Positions 27,109 through 37,003 of a stretch of 64,000 bases of DNA are shown here, one piece after another (the stretch's first letter is position 1; each line of letters starts with the position of its first letter). The position numbers and the translations under genes are program-made. Source of the stretch: Deferribacterales bacterium. Its GTDB lineage: Bacteria; Chrysiogenota; Deferribacteres; Deferribacterales; Geovibrionaceae. Under the pieces are notes generated by a model. That model saw only the letters and a list, made by a program, of their open reading frames with translations. It made no database searches and was not told where the DNA came from. The stretch lies in NCBI GenBank assembly GCA_050253075.1, contig JBFWJS010000001.1:608001-672000 (forward strand). Direction: 5' to 3'.

Positions 27109-28272
27109 ATGAATAAGGAAGAAAGAATTGGTAAGTATATTAATGGTTCTTTAGTGGGTGGAGAGTCGTATAGAGCGTATGTCCCCAAACCATTACCTCC
27201 TACACCCGCTATAGAAATGACAGAAATATATCCACTGCTTGATAAAGCCTCTGTTGCCATTGGACGATTAGACGGTATGAGTACTGTTTTGCCTGATATC
27301 ACGTTGTTTCTCTATATGTATGTTCGTAAAGAAGCAGTTTTGTCTTCTCAGATTGAAGGGACACAGTCATCTCTATCTGATCTTCTTATTTATGAGAATG
27401 AAGCTGTTCATGGAATACCGATCGATGATGTTAGTGAAGTTTCAAGCTATGTGTCGGCGATGTTTTATGGTCTCGAAAGACTAAAGACGTTTCCAATGTC
27501 GCTCAGGCTGATCAAAGAAATACATGGAAAATTGATGGCGAACTCCAGAGGCAGCACAAAGCAACCGGGAGAATTTAGGAGATCTCAGAATTGGATAGGA
27601 GGCTCCAGACCTGGAAATGCAAATTTTGTACCTCCTTCTCCCGATAATCTTATGGAGTGTCTCAGTGATTTTGAAAAGTTCCTGCATGATGACAAAGTTG
27701 CTCTGCCCGCTTTGGTTAAGGCCGCATTAGCACATGTGCAGTTTGAGACAATACACCCATTTTTAGACGGAAACGGAAGACTGGGCCGTCTTCTTATTAC
27801 ATTTATTCTTTGTATTGAGGGTTTATTAAAAGAACCTCTCCTTTATTTGAGTTTATATTTTAAAACTCATAGGGATGAGTACTACAGGCTGTTGCAAAAT
27901 GTAAGAGTAAGCGGAGACTGGGAAGAATGGATAAAGTTCTTTTTAGAAGGGGTGATTGAAACGGCTGACCAAGCGACAAAAACCGCAAAAAGTATTTTAC
28001 TGCTTTTTGATAAAGACAGGAAGAAGATTGAAGAATCAGGAAAATCGAATGCTTCAATAATGGCTATACATAATTACATGCAAAATTATCCTATAGTTAG
28101 TACAACAAAGCTCAAAGAAGCATGCAGCATGTCCTTGCCCACAGTGATACGTAATCTGGGCACATTAGAATCTTTGGGCATCGTGAAAGAGGTTACGGGT
28201 AAAGAGAGACATAAGATGTTTGTCTACATCGATTATATATCAGTGCTGAATGAAGGCACTGAAGTTAAATAA
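27109..28272 (+). CDS. Fic family protein (class II, autoinhibited) with C-terminal HTH
   Basis: HPFLDGNGRLGR active motif; N-terminal SSQIEG inhibitory motif. Confidence 0.95.
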   Translation: MNKEERIGKYINGSLVGGESYRAYVPKPLPPTPAIEMTEIYPLLDKASVAIGRLDGMSTVLPDITLFLYMYVRKEAVLSSQIEGTQSSLSDLLIYENEAVHGIPIDDVSEVSSYVSAMFYGLERLKTFPMSLRLIKEIHGKLMANSRGSTKQPGEFRRSQNWIGGSRPGNANFVPPSPDNLMECLSDFEKFLHDDKVALPALVKAALAHVQFETIHPFLDGNGRLGRLLITFILCIEGLLKEPLLYLSLYFKTHRDEYYRLLQNVRVSGDWEEWIKFFLEGVIETADQATKTAKSILLLFDKDRKKIEESGKSNASIMAIHNYMQNYPIVSTTKLKEACSMSLPTVIRNLGTLESLGIVKEVTGKERHKMFVYIDYISVLNEGTEVK

Positions 28273-28426
28273 TTAGTGCAGGCATCATTGAAGGTTTTGA
28301 TAAAGTAATCAAGACAATCTTCTAATAGGGTGTTTCTTCGCCATTAAATTTTAATCTATCAATTTATCAATATTTTACAGATGTGTCCAAAATGCTTCTG
28401 CCCAAAAGTGGCCTAAGAATGTGCCT

Positions 28427-29500
28427 TTAATTTTCTGCACTAAATCTGAATATATTGTATAGAAATGTATAGATTTCGATGTGTTCTCTAATATAGGTAT
28501 TGCTAAAGCATTCAGGCAGATTCGGGAGTATTGCTTTGGCTAAGCATATGCCTAACTCAACTTTGTGGTGCCCAAGATCAATGCCACTGTCTTGTATCGT
28601 TTGAACATAACTCTGAGTGTTACGTTTCACCATTTCTAAGTATTTTTGACGCTCAGATGGACTGATAAGATTTAATTCAATCATTCCATGTATAAATATT
28701 TCAGGAGGGAAGGCTGACTCAAAATCGTGCTTGAAAAGAAAGAAATCATGTATTAATCCAGAATCCATTAGTTGATTTATATGTGCTGGAATCTCATGTT
28801 TTCCATCTAGGTCTCCTTGTAAAAAGACAGCATAGCCCTGTTCTACTTTATCATCAAATAGCATTCGGATTAATTTCTTAAGCTGACCAGCCCCTTTATA
28901 CGATTTTATTTCGATATCACTAAAACTAAAAGATTTTGATTTTGCTATAGTTTTAAAGAAAGCATGTTCTGACTCTCCTTCTACGAAAAGGTATGTTTTT
29001 TTATGGTGTAGATTAGGGTGATTTTCTAGAATTTTGCTTAGCAAATTTAAATTATCTCGTGAGTGAACGATTGAGGTGATTGCTCTAGCAGCATATGGAC
29101 CATGCCAGCTAAGAAGATCATCATCGTTTAGTGTGCCTATAAATGTAATAGAAGCAACAGTTTGTTTCCAAATATTGATAATGCTTTGTAGCAACTTTGG
29201 TTTTTCAGTATCATTACAGCTGATTAAAGTATCAAAAATTTGTTTGGTGTAATTATTGATATGCTTAATTTCTATTACACATTTAATGTCTTTGCAACGA
29301 TATTTGTTGGCTGGGTGAGGTATTGGATAAGGGCATAATGAATGCATAGGGCATTGGTGGCACTCTGTGTATGAAACTAGATTTTCAACTAAAATGTCTG
29401 AAATTTGTTGGCACGTATATATGCCATTAAAAACAATTGGGGTAATAGTATCTTGGTTGATTATAATATTATTGAGTTTTACTTGTCTCACGTCAGTCAT
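28427..29500 (-). CDS. Cys-rich N-terminus plus TOPRIM-domain protein
   Basis: CHQCPMHSLC...C....C cluster; LFVEGESE and GDLD motifs. Confidence 0.7.
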   Translation of the reverse strand: MTDVRQVKLNNIIINQDTITPIVFNGIYTCQQISDILVENLVSYTECHQCPMHSLCPYPIPHPANKYRCKDIKCVIEIKHINNYTKQIFDTLISCNDTEKPKLLQSIINIWKQTVASITFIGTLNDDDLLSWHGPYAARAITSIVHSRDNLNLLSKILENHPNLHHKKTYLFVEGESEHAFFKTIAKSKSFSFSDIEIKSYKGAGQLKKLIRMLFDDKVEQGYAVFLQGDLDGKHEIPAHINQLMDSGLIHDFFLFKHDFESAFPPEIFIHGMIELNLISPSERQKYLEMVKRNTQSYVQTIQDSGIDLGHHKVELGICLAKAILPNLPECFSNTYIREHIEIYTFLYNIFRFSAEN

Positions 29501-29629
29501 GCTTTGGTACCTATTGTAAATATGACTTGATAACTATACATATTTTAAGTCCATAGTGTTTGTAATTTAATAAAATTAGTTTCACAAAATGTTCTTGGCT
29601 CATCTCTATAGTATTTAAGATTTCCTACA

Positions 29630-29644
29630 CTCCTCCGCCAATAA
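29630..29644 (+). repeat. att-like direct repeat (distal copy)
   Basis: CTCCTCCGCCAATAA, preceded by a degenerate GATTTCCT T-arm remnant. Confidence 0.85.
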
Positions 29645-29648
29645 ACCC

Positions 29649-31103
29649 TTACGGTACCATCTTGTTGATGAGGGCTGATTTCAGCTCTTTCAGCTCGTTT
29701 GAGATGCTCACCTTATAAATGTGCGGGTTCAGAAGTCGTTTATATGTGTCGTGCAGGGCGCTTATCTGGCTTTTTGCATAGTCACGAATCTCTTTGACGC
29801 TTCTGCTCTCTTTGGTCACTTTCCCGTCTTTCATCACGTTTTCCAGCAATAGTTCGGCGTGTGCGTATCCGCTTAGTGTCTTGTAAGCGTATTCGATGGA
29901 AGGGTGGTTCAGGCGGATGCTTTTGTTCTCAGCGATGAGTTCTTCGAGCTTCCGGGCATTGTCTTCCAAAAATACCAAATCCCCCATCATAGAGTCGTCA
30001 TAGTCGTAAAATCTGTAAATATTCTTTATCCCCGGGTTAGACATCTTTTCGGGATTGTTGGTCATCTTCATCGTCGGGGTGAAGCTGCCGTCCTTTTCCT
30101 CTTTGGCCGCCAGTTTGTAAACACCTGTGAGTGAAGAGTCTTTATCCGCAGTGACAAGCCTTGTGCCCACGCCGTATGCATTGATACATGCGCCCTCGTG
30201 GTTCATCTGGTCGATAACCCATTCGTCGAGGTCGTTCGAGGCGACTATCTTTGCCTCGGGGAGCCCGTTTGCGTCGAATATCTTCCTCGCCTCTCTGCTG
30301 AGGAAGCTGAGGTCGCCGCTGTCGAGGCGTATGCCATAGTTTTTATGTCCTTTCTCTTTCAGCTTTTTCATGACGACGATGGCGTTCGGCACGCCTGAGT
30401 GGATGGTATCGTATGTGTCTGCCAGCAGGATGCAGTTGTCGGGATAAATCTCTGAGAACGCTTCGAATGCGTCGAGCTCGTTATCAAAGCTCATGACCCA
30501 GCTATGCGCCATAGTGCCGTTTACGGGGATGTCGTACAGCTTTCCCGCTAGTACGTTGGATGTGACAGCCGCCCCGCCTATATAGGCTGCTCTGGATGCG
30601 GATATCGCTCCGTCTGTCCCCTGTGCACGTCTGAGCCCGAATTCCATAACTGCCGCCCCCTTCGCAGACCAGCACACCCTTGCAGCTTTCGTAGCTATAA
30701 GTGTCTGGAAATTAACAAGGTTGAGGAGCAAAGGCTCGATGAGTTGTGTTTCCAGCAGTGTCCCGCTGACACGCACGATAGGCTCATTGGGGAAGACGAC
30801 GCTCCCCTCCTTCACGGCGTAGATATCCCCTGTGAAGCGGAAATCACGCAGATAGTTAAGGAAGGATTCGCTGAAGCATTTAAGCCCTTCGAGGTATGCC
30901 ATGTCTTCGGGTGAAAACTGAAAGTTCTGAACAGCTTCCAGCATCGGCTCTATACCTGCGCAGACTGCATATCCGCCTCCGAAAGGCTGTCTGCGAAAGA
31001 ACATGTCGAATACTGTCCTGCGGTTAAAATTCTGATTGTGGAAACCCTGCATCATCGTCAGTTCGTAAAAGTCAGTGAGCAGGGCGGAGTATGTACATTT
31101 CAT
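29649..31103 (-). CDS. pncB: Nicotinate phosphoribosyltransferase
   Basis: LLTDFYELTM, EFGLRRAQG, GTMAHSW, IRLDSGD. Confidence 0.96.
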   Translation of the reverse strand: MKCTYSALLTDFYELTMMQGFHNQNFNRRTVFDMFFRRQPFGGGYAVCAGIEPMLEAVQNFQFSPEDMAYLEGLKCFSESFLNYLRDFRFTGDIYAVKEGSVVFPNEPIVRVSGTLLETQLIEPLLLNLVNFQTLIATKAARVCWSAKGAAVMEFGLRRAQGTDGAISASRAAYIGGAAVTSNVLAGKLYDIPVNGTMAHSWVMSFDNELDAFEAFSEIYPDNCILLADTYDTIHSGVPNAIVVMKKLKEKGHKNYGIRLDSGDLSFLSREARKIFDANGLPEAKIVASNDLDEWVIDQMNHEGACINAYGVGTRLVTADKDSSLTGVYKLAAKEEKDGSFTPTMKMTNNPEKMSNPGIKNIYRFYDYDDSMMGDLVFLEDNARKLEELIAENKSIRLNHPSIEYAYKTLSGYAHAELLLENVMKDGKVTKESRSVKEIRDYAKSQISALHDTYKRLLNPHIYKVSISNELKELKSALINKMVP

Positions 31104-31729
31104 TATCTGATACCGCCTGATGATATTATATTTATGCCGTTTTCCTGCATCTGTTTGAGCGCTGCGTCAACATTGCCTGCGGGGAAGTCCACGCCTCGGC
31201 ATGCGTCCGTGATGAGGTAAACATCGAACCCTGCGGACTTCGCATCCGTAGCCGTGTAAAGCACGCAGTAGTCTGTGGCGAGGCCTGTCACGTATACTTT
31301 CTTTATCCCCTTGTCCGTGAGGTATCCTCTCAGCCCTGTTGCAGTCTTCTTATCATTTTCGAGGAAACCAGAGTATGAATCGAGCATGGTCTGTGTGCCC
31401 TTTCTTATCACGACGGAGAACCTGTCCGTGTTCAGATCCTTATGGAAGTCTGCGCCGTCTGTCCCCTGTACGCAGTGGTCAGGCCACATAACCTGGGCTA
31501 TGCCGTCGATGTCTTTCATGTCGTATACTGCCGTGCCTGAGTTGTTCGAAGAAAATGAGCTGTGGTCTGCGGGGTGCCAGTCCTGTGTGGCGACAACGGT
31601 GGTGAAGCTGTCCATAAGCCTGTTTATAACAGGGACAACCATGTCTCCGTCCGTAACGGCGAGCCCGCCCCCGGGGCAGAAGTCGTTCTGAACATCGACA
31701 ACGATCAAAGCAGAATCTTTATCCGGCAT
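31103..31729 (-). CDS. pncA: Nicotinamidase
   Basis: VDVQNDF, DWHP..H, WPDHC, GLATDYCV. Confidence 0.96.
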   Translation of the reverse strand: MPDKDSALIVVDVQNDFCPGGGLAVTDGDMVVPVINRLMDSFTTVVATQDWHPADHSSFSSNNSGTAVYDMKDIDGIAQVMWPDHCVQGTDGADFHKDLNTDRFSVVIRKGTQTMLDSYSGFLENDKKTATGLRGYLTDKGIKKVYVTGLATDYCVLYTATDAKSAGFDVYLITDACRGVDFPAGNVDAALKQMQENGINIISSGGIR

Positions 31730-31891
31730 AATAACCCTCCTGAGTCTGTGATAATCATTAATACGATTATAGTCGCTTAGAATTTATATGCAAAAGATAA
31801 AATTTGATTAAAAAGCAATATCGGTCAGGATTTCACTGTTTTACCCGTGTATTTTATGCCTAGAATTGAGAAGGTAAGATGCGAGGGTGAC

Positions 31892-32737
31892 GTGGCGGAC
31901 GAAAAGATAAGCAGGGTTTGCGACTATATAGTAAACAATCCGGATGAAGACCTGAGCCTTGAGATGCTCTGTCGTGTGGCGGGCGTGTCAAAGTTTCACT
32001 TCCACAGGCTGTTTCTGGCTGCCAAGGGCATAACTCTCTATCGTTTTATCCAGCTTTCACGTTTGAAGAGAGCATCTTACATGCTGGCATTCCGCACCGA
32101 TGCAAAGATAATAGACATCGCGCTTGATGCCGGTTTTGAGAGCCCCGAGGCATTCACCCGAGCATTCAAAAAAGCCGTGGGGCAGACTCCTTCTCAGTTC
32201 AGAAAAGATCCGGAATGGGAGGCTTGGAACGAAAAGCTGATCCCTTCCGCCCATCAAGGAGGAGTCAGGATGGACATTAAGATAATAGATTTCCCCGAAA
32301 CGAAAATAGCCCTGATAGAGCACAGGGGCTCACCGAAAAAGGTGCTCGAGACAGCAGGCAGGTTCATCGAATGGAGGAAGGCCACAGGGCTCTCACCCGT
32401 GAAAACCAGCAAGACATTCGGCGTGCCCTTCGACGACCCGAACGTAGTGGAAGAGGATAAGTTCAGATTCGACATATGCGGATCAGTTGAAAATGACATC
32501 CCGCAGAACGAATTCGGCGTGAAGAACGGCATGATACCTGGCGGACGATGCGCAGTGCTGACCCACATCGGCGGGCACGAGAACATCTCCGACAGCGTGT
32601 ATTCCATGTATAGAGAGTGGCTGCCCGAAAGCGGCGAGGAGCTCAGGGATTATCCGTGCTTTTTCCAATATCTTGCGCTGATGCCCGATGTGGCAGAGTG
32701 CGACCAGATAACCGAAATATTCCTGCCGATAAAGTAA
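31892..32737 (+). CDS. AraC family regulator with GyrI-like effector domain
   Basis: SKFHFHRLF, GFESPEAFTRAFKK, C-terminal WLPESG...TEIFLPIK. Confidence 0.93.
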   Translation: MADEKISRVCDYIVNNPDEDLSLEMLCRVAGVSKFHFHRLFLAAKGITLYRFIQLSRLKRASYMLAFRTDAKIIDIALDAGFESPEAFTRAFKKAVGQTPSQFRKDPEWEAWNEKLIPSAHQGGVRMDIKIIDFPETKIALIEHRGSPKKVLETAGRFIEWRKATGLSPVKTSKTFGVPFDDPNVVEEDKFRFDICGSVENDIPQNEFGVKNGMIPGGRCAVLTHIGGHENISDSVYSMYREWLPESGEELRDYPCFFQYLALMPDVAECDQITEIFLPIK

Positions 32738-32748
32738 TTTCAAATATG

Positions 32749-32777
32749 GGGCGCAGTTCCCCTGTGCCCTTTCTTTC
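32749..32777 (+). terminator. Rho-independent terminator
   Basis: GGGCGCAG...CTGTGCCC stem followed by TTTCTTT. Confidence 0.6.
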
Positions 32778-32961
32778 AGCCTGTCACGATAAGGAAAAAA
32801 ATAGGAAATACGGAGCATATGTCCAATCTTCTTGTTGAAATGTTGCATATATACAATAATTTACGGCATTAACATTAATTGACAATGCGTTGTTTGCGTG
32901 ATAATTTTTAGTGTTTTGTATCAATCCCGTTATTTTACGTGCTCTTTTCCGGAGGACTCAT

Positions 32962-35745
32962 ATGAAGAGACTGATTCTTGCCCTTATATTTGTGTTATCT
33001 ATTTCAATTTCAGGCTGTAATTTATCAGGTGGTTCCGGAGGCAGTCTGTCAGAGCCTGTGACAGAAGGCACATACTCAGGCGATACTCTCTATATGACCA
33101 CCGACAGCTCAGGCAAAGCTACAGTGACCAGCAGTTCGCTCGGTGCTGTTTACGAGGTTTCGTTTACAAGCCCTTCTGATGCGCCCGTTACCGGCGTGTC
33201 ATTCACATATTCAGAGAGCGGCGGACGCTCTGTCATTTACGTTACGGACGATGCGGATGTTTATGCCGATGTGATAATGATAGGTACTCCTGCGGAGCTT
33301 TCAGCGGAATACGCAGTCAGCGGACAGGCATCCTCTAAGGCGGCACTATATAAGCTCGCCATAGTGATGAAGGCGAAAGGCGGTCTCCCCGCAGGGTTTA
33401 CACACGATGCGGAGGAGCTGGACAATATATACATATCAGCCTCGGAAAGGACGGGTACAGGGTGGTCCACAGACTGCTATACCGCAGAAACTATGGCAGA
33501 ATATATATCCGCAAATGCGGCAGATAAAAAATCGGCATATGCTTTCAGCGGGCTGACTGCGGGCGACGGTCTATTTATGCTGCTGAGCTCAGCATGGAGC
33601 ACAGACAGCGGACTGGAATCTGCTCTGACAGAAAAGCTGGCCGAAGTATACGGCATGACATATGCAAATGCGGCTCTCGCTGTCTATCAGATGACGTGTT
33701 TTGCCCCTGACGGCACAATGGGCGATATGGCTCTGGTCTGCGCAGTTGTGAAGAGCAACGACGTCTGCCAGTCGAGCCCGGGCACAGGCGGAGACGGTGA
33801 AAATAATGCGCCGACAGTAGACGGCACGGAAGCAGTGAATATATATAAAAATGACTCTTACAGCTTTACCCCGACGGTGGAAGATGCCGACGGTGACACG
33901 CTGACATTCACCATAGCAAATAAGCCTGACTGGGCAGTGTTCAATCAGTCCACAGGCGAGCTTTCAGGTACGGCAGAGGTTGGTGTTTATGCGGGGATAG
34001 TGATAACTGTTTCCGACGGAACAGCGTCCGTCAGCCTTGAGCCATTCACAATAGTTGTGTCAAACAGAACCCCTGTGATAAGCGGTTCGCCTGCTGTTAC
34101 CGCCGTGAGCGGAGCACAGTACAGCTTCACTCCGACGGCCGGTGATGCCGACGGCGACATACTGACTTTCAGCATAGAGAATAAGCCCTCGTGGGCATCA
34201 TTTAATACATCGACAGGAGCCCTCACAGGCACAGCCACAACAGGTATATACTCAAACATAATAATAAGCGTCAGTGACGGTCTTGAGTCTGCTGACCTGA
34301 CAGCTTTTTCTATAACAGTGGAGAGCACTAACAACGCTCCGAACATCAGCGGAACACCGACAACATCCATTTATGTAAACTCTGATTACAGCTTTATCCC
34401 GACAGCGACAGATGCCGACAGCGATACACTGACATTCAGTGTGGAAAACCTGCCTGACTGGGCTTCTTTCAGCACAACGACAGGAGCCGTAACAGGAACA
34501 GCAACACCGGAAGGCGTTTACAGCGGGATAGTGATAAGCGTTTCAGACGGTGAGGCTGGCGTGTCTCTGGCATCTTTCGACATAACAGTACAAAACAGGG
34601 CTCCGTCCATCAGCGGGACACCGACACCCGTTAAAAACGGCAAGGCCTTCATCTTCATCCCCACAGTGAGCGACCCTGACGGCGACACTGTGACAGTAAG
34701 CGCAGAGAATCTCCCCGCTTGGGCGACATTTACGCCTGCGACAAAGGAGATATCCGGCACGGCCGTAAACGGTAAATACGAAAATGTCACCCTGACAGCA
34801 TCCGACGGCAGGACAGGCGGTGTCAGCACGCTTGTATTCGACATTGATATATATTATCCGTGGGCTGTTATGAAAACGGGAATGACAGGCTGCTGGAATA
34901 ATACGCAGCAGTCCGTTGACTGTACGGGTACAGGGCAGGACGGCGAATATCAGGCAGGTGTATCACCGAATTTTACCAGGGATGATGCGACAGGTATCGT
35001 GACCGACAGTGTAAACGGGCTTGTCTGGCAGGATGATATAAATGTGGGGCTGACGACAGATACACATCCTAATATGAGTGATTACTGCACAGCTTTAGGA
35101 ACAGCAAGTTACGGCGGATACAGCGACTGGCGGCTACCGACTTTGAGAGAGTTTTTAACAACGCTCGATTACAGCAAATCAAGCCCGCTGTCTAATTCTA
35201 TTTTCCAGAACGGCGGTAATAATATATTCTGGACAGCTGATAACTATCCGGGGACAACCGTTTCGGCAATGGTTATTAGTACAGAGCTTGGTACGATAAA
35301 TGCGAGTGGCAAAACTCCTAATATGTATGCCGTCAGATGTGTACGCAGTGATGATGCCTTCCCTGCTGAGGATTTTACAAGAGATGACGCATACGGTATT
35401 GTGACTGATGACCGTACAGGGCTTATCTGGGGTGACTCGGCTGCGATGTCAGGCGACTATTTTCCAGCGTTGAGCGACTGTGAAGCAAGCACTCTTGGCG
35501 GATATGATGACTGGAGACTTGCTAATATCGCTGAGTTGAACTCGATTGTAGATACCGGCTATGCTCCTCCTCTTAACCCTGTTTTTGTTTATATGAGGAA
35601 TGGCACTGTTTTATCTTCGACACTGAATAAAGCAATCGGTTATGTTGCGATGTTTGATTTAGAAGTTGAAAGTGGTTATAATCTTGATGGAGATACAATC
35701 TGGGATGGTAAGTTTTATAGATGTGTACGAGGCGGGCTGTGGTAA
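32962..35745 (+). CDS. Surface lipoprotein with four Ig/cadherin-like repeats and two DUF1566 (Lcl-like) domains
   Basis: GGAGG RBS, lipobox ISGC, N.AP.ISGTP repeats, two VTD..TGL.W...DWRL...VRCVR/YRCVR units. Confidence 0.9.
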   Translation: MKRLILALIFVLSISISGCNLSGGSGGSLSEPVTEGTYSGDTLYMTTDSSGKATVTSSSLGAVYEVSFTSPSDAPVTGVSFTYSESGGRSVIYVTDDADVYADVIMIGTPAELSAEYAVSGQASSKAALYKLAIVMKAKGGLPAGFTHDAEELDNIYISASERTGTGWSTDCYTAETMAEYISANAADKKSAYAFSGLTAGDGLFMLLSSAWSTDSGLESALTEKLAEVYGMTYANAALAVYQMTCFAPDGTMGDMALVCAVVKSNDVCQSSPGTGGDGENNAPTVDGTEAVNIYKNDSYSFTPTVEDADGDTLTFTIANKPDWAVFNQSTGELSGTAEVGVYAGIVITVSDGTASVSLEPFTIVVSNRTPVISGSPAVTAVSGAQYSFTPTAGDADGDILTFSIENKPSWASFNTSTGALTGTATTGIYSNIIISVSDGLESADLTAFSITVESTNNAPNISGTPTTSIYVNSDYSFIPTATDADSDTLTFSVENLPDWASFSTTTGAVTGTATPEGVYSGIVISVSDGEAGVSLASFDITVQNRAPSISGTPTPVKNGKAFIFIPTVSDPDGDTVTVSAENLPAWATFTPATKEISGTAVNGKYENVTLTASDGRTGGVSTLVFDIDIYYPWAVMKTGMTGCWNNTQQSVDCTGTGQDGEYQAGVSPNFTRDDATGIVTDSVNGLVWQDDINVGLTTDTHPNMSDYCTALGTASYGGYSDWRLPTLREFLTTLDYSKSSPLSNSIFQNGGNNIFWTADNYPGTTVSAMVISTELGTINASGKTPNMYAVRCVRSDDAFPAEDFTRDDAYGIVTDDRTGLIWGDSAAMSGDYFPALSDCEASTLGGYDDWRLANIAELNSIVDTGYAPPLNPVFVYMRNGTVLSSTLNKAIGYVAMFDLEVESGYNLDGDTIWDGKFYRCVRGGLW

Positions 35746-35780
35746 TACAGCCCTGATGTGTCGCATATATTAATAGAATA

Positions 35781-36110
35781 TTAACAGCATTCCTGTTCGC
35801 ATTTTGCGAGGGCGTGGATGGCTTCCTCGTCGTCTACGTCCTCGAAAAGCTCAATGATGTAAAAGGCGTTTGAGCATACATGATAAAGCACGGCTTCCCT
35901 CGGGTCGTCGGCAAATTTACGTGTGTAGTATGCTTCGGGTATGTTCTTTACGAATTTTTCCCAGTATGGGTTGTTGTTTGCAGGGTCTTTGAGAATACGC
36001 AGCAGGTTGTCTATCACCTGACACGCATTTTCAAAACAGTCTATATTTTCGAAGCTGACATAGCTTTCGTCTACCTGGATTTCTTTCTTATTCTTCCCGC
36101 AGTCGCACAT
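35781..36110 (-). CDS. cowN: CowN-like protein (protects nitrogenase from CO)
   Basis: YVSFENIDC..NA, N.YWEKF, ELFE..DDEEA, terminal E.ECC pattern recognised from CowN. Confidence 0.7.
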   Translation of the reverse strand: MCDCGKNKKEIQVDESYVSFENIDCFENACQVIDNLLRILKDPANNNPYWEKFVKNIPEAYYTRKFADDPREAVLYHVCSNAFYIIELFEDVDDEEAIHALAKCEQECC

Positions 36111-36495
36111 ATTCAAATTTCCTCTGAGTTGTTATTTCTGTTCGGTTTTTAAAAAAATAATAATAAAGATCGGCAGGTGTATTAAAGACCAATCTGCCCT
36201 TATTAAGATGGAAAAACATCAAAGTGTCAAGTGGCAGTTTTTTTCTTTTAGGTATTGGACAGTCTGCGTTTACGCAAAAATCACGGCTATCAATCGTTTA
36301 TTTATGTCAACAACAGGCAATCATTTCTGACATATGTTTGTAATCTGTGAACAAGCGTATGGCTTGCTTAACATATAGGTAATATTGAATAAAACAAGTA
36401 TTCTTTTATTTGTATAGTCGGATTTTTTAATCAAATGTTAAAATTATTGACTTGAAACGAGCATATGCTTATTATTAATATCTAGGAGGCAGGAA

Positions 36496-36828
36496 ATGAG
36501 ATGTAAAGAAATACTAAAGGAGTATTTTACTAATTTTTCAGTGAAAGTTGTGTACGACATAATATTCAGCTGCAAGTTATGTGTATTAGTAATTTATCTC
36601 CTGTACGCCGGGGTAATGTTTTTCAATTATGTGCCATCAGAATTTCATGCGTTGGGGTTTGAAAGATTGATGCTCAGTCTGTTCCTTGGAGCTGTGGCAA
36701 CAGTAATAACTATGCCTGTGTTCTTCGTAGGTATGGTTGCTATAGGTATACTCATACGGTTTGCCAAAGATGCCTGTTCGGGCGGGTGTTGTCTGATGTC
36801 ATGGTTTAAAAAACTAGTGGAACATTAG
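36496..36828 (+). CDS. Hypothetical membrane protein
   Basis: AGGAGG RBS; TTGACT-N17-TATTAT upstream; two hydrophobic stretches. Confidence 0.65.
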   Translation: MRCKEILKEYFTNFSVKVVYDIIFSCKLCVLVIYLLYAGVMFFNYVPSEFHALGFERLMLSLFLGAVATVITMPVFFVGMVAIGILIRFAKDACSGGCCLMSWFKKLVEH

Positions 36829-36838
36829 CCATCGAGCT

Positions 36839-36866
36839 AAAGGCAGTCTTGTCTGAGGCTGCCTTT
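36839..36866 (+). terminator. Probable terminator hairpin
   Basis: AAAGGCAGTCT...AGGCTGCCTTT inverted repeat after the stop codon. Confidence 0.55.
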
Positions 36867-37003
36867 GCTGCATAGTATGTCTGCATCATTTTATCTGTTG
36901 TTTATCAGCCTTTTTTCGATAAATGTGGAAATTTCTGAATCATCTGATATCATTCCTGTCATAGAATAATAAATAAATTTATTTAACCCCTATAGGAGTA
37001 AAG

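Larger units (their letters stand above)
26950..29644. mobile_element. Integrase-less genomic islet at selC
   Basis: Flanked by a 15-bp direct repeat of the tRNA 3' end; visibly AT-rich; two accessory genes. Confidence 0.8.

Noticed and set aside
33800..34855. DNA repeats as a mobile element or array
   Set aside because: They are in-frame Ig-like protein domain repeats
36150..36240. Riboswitch upstream of the cowN-like gene (GGCAG/CTGCC stem)
   Set aside because: A short stem exists, but I cannot match it to any riboswitch consensus; an Infernal/Rfam scan would be needed
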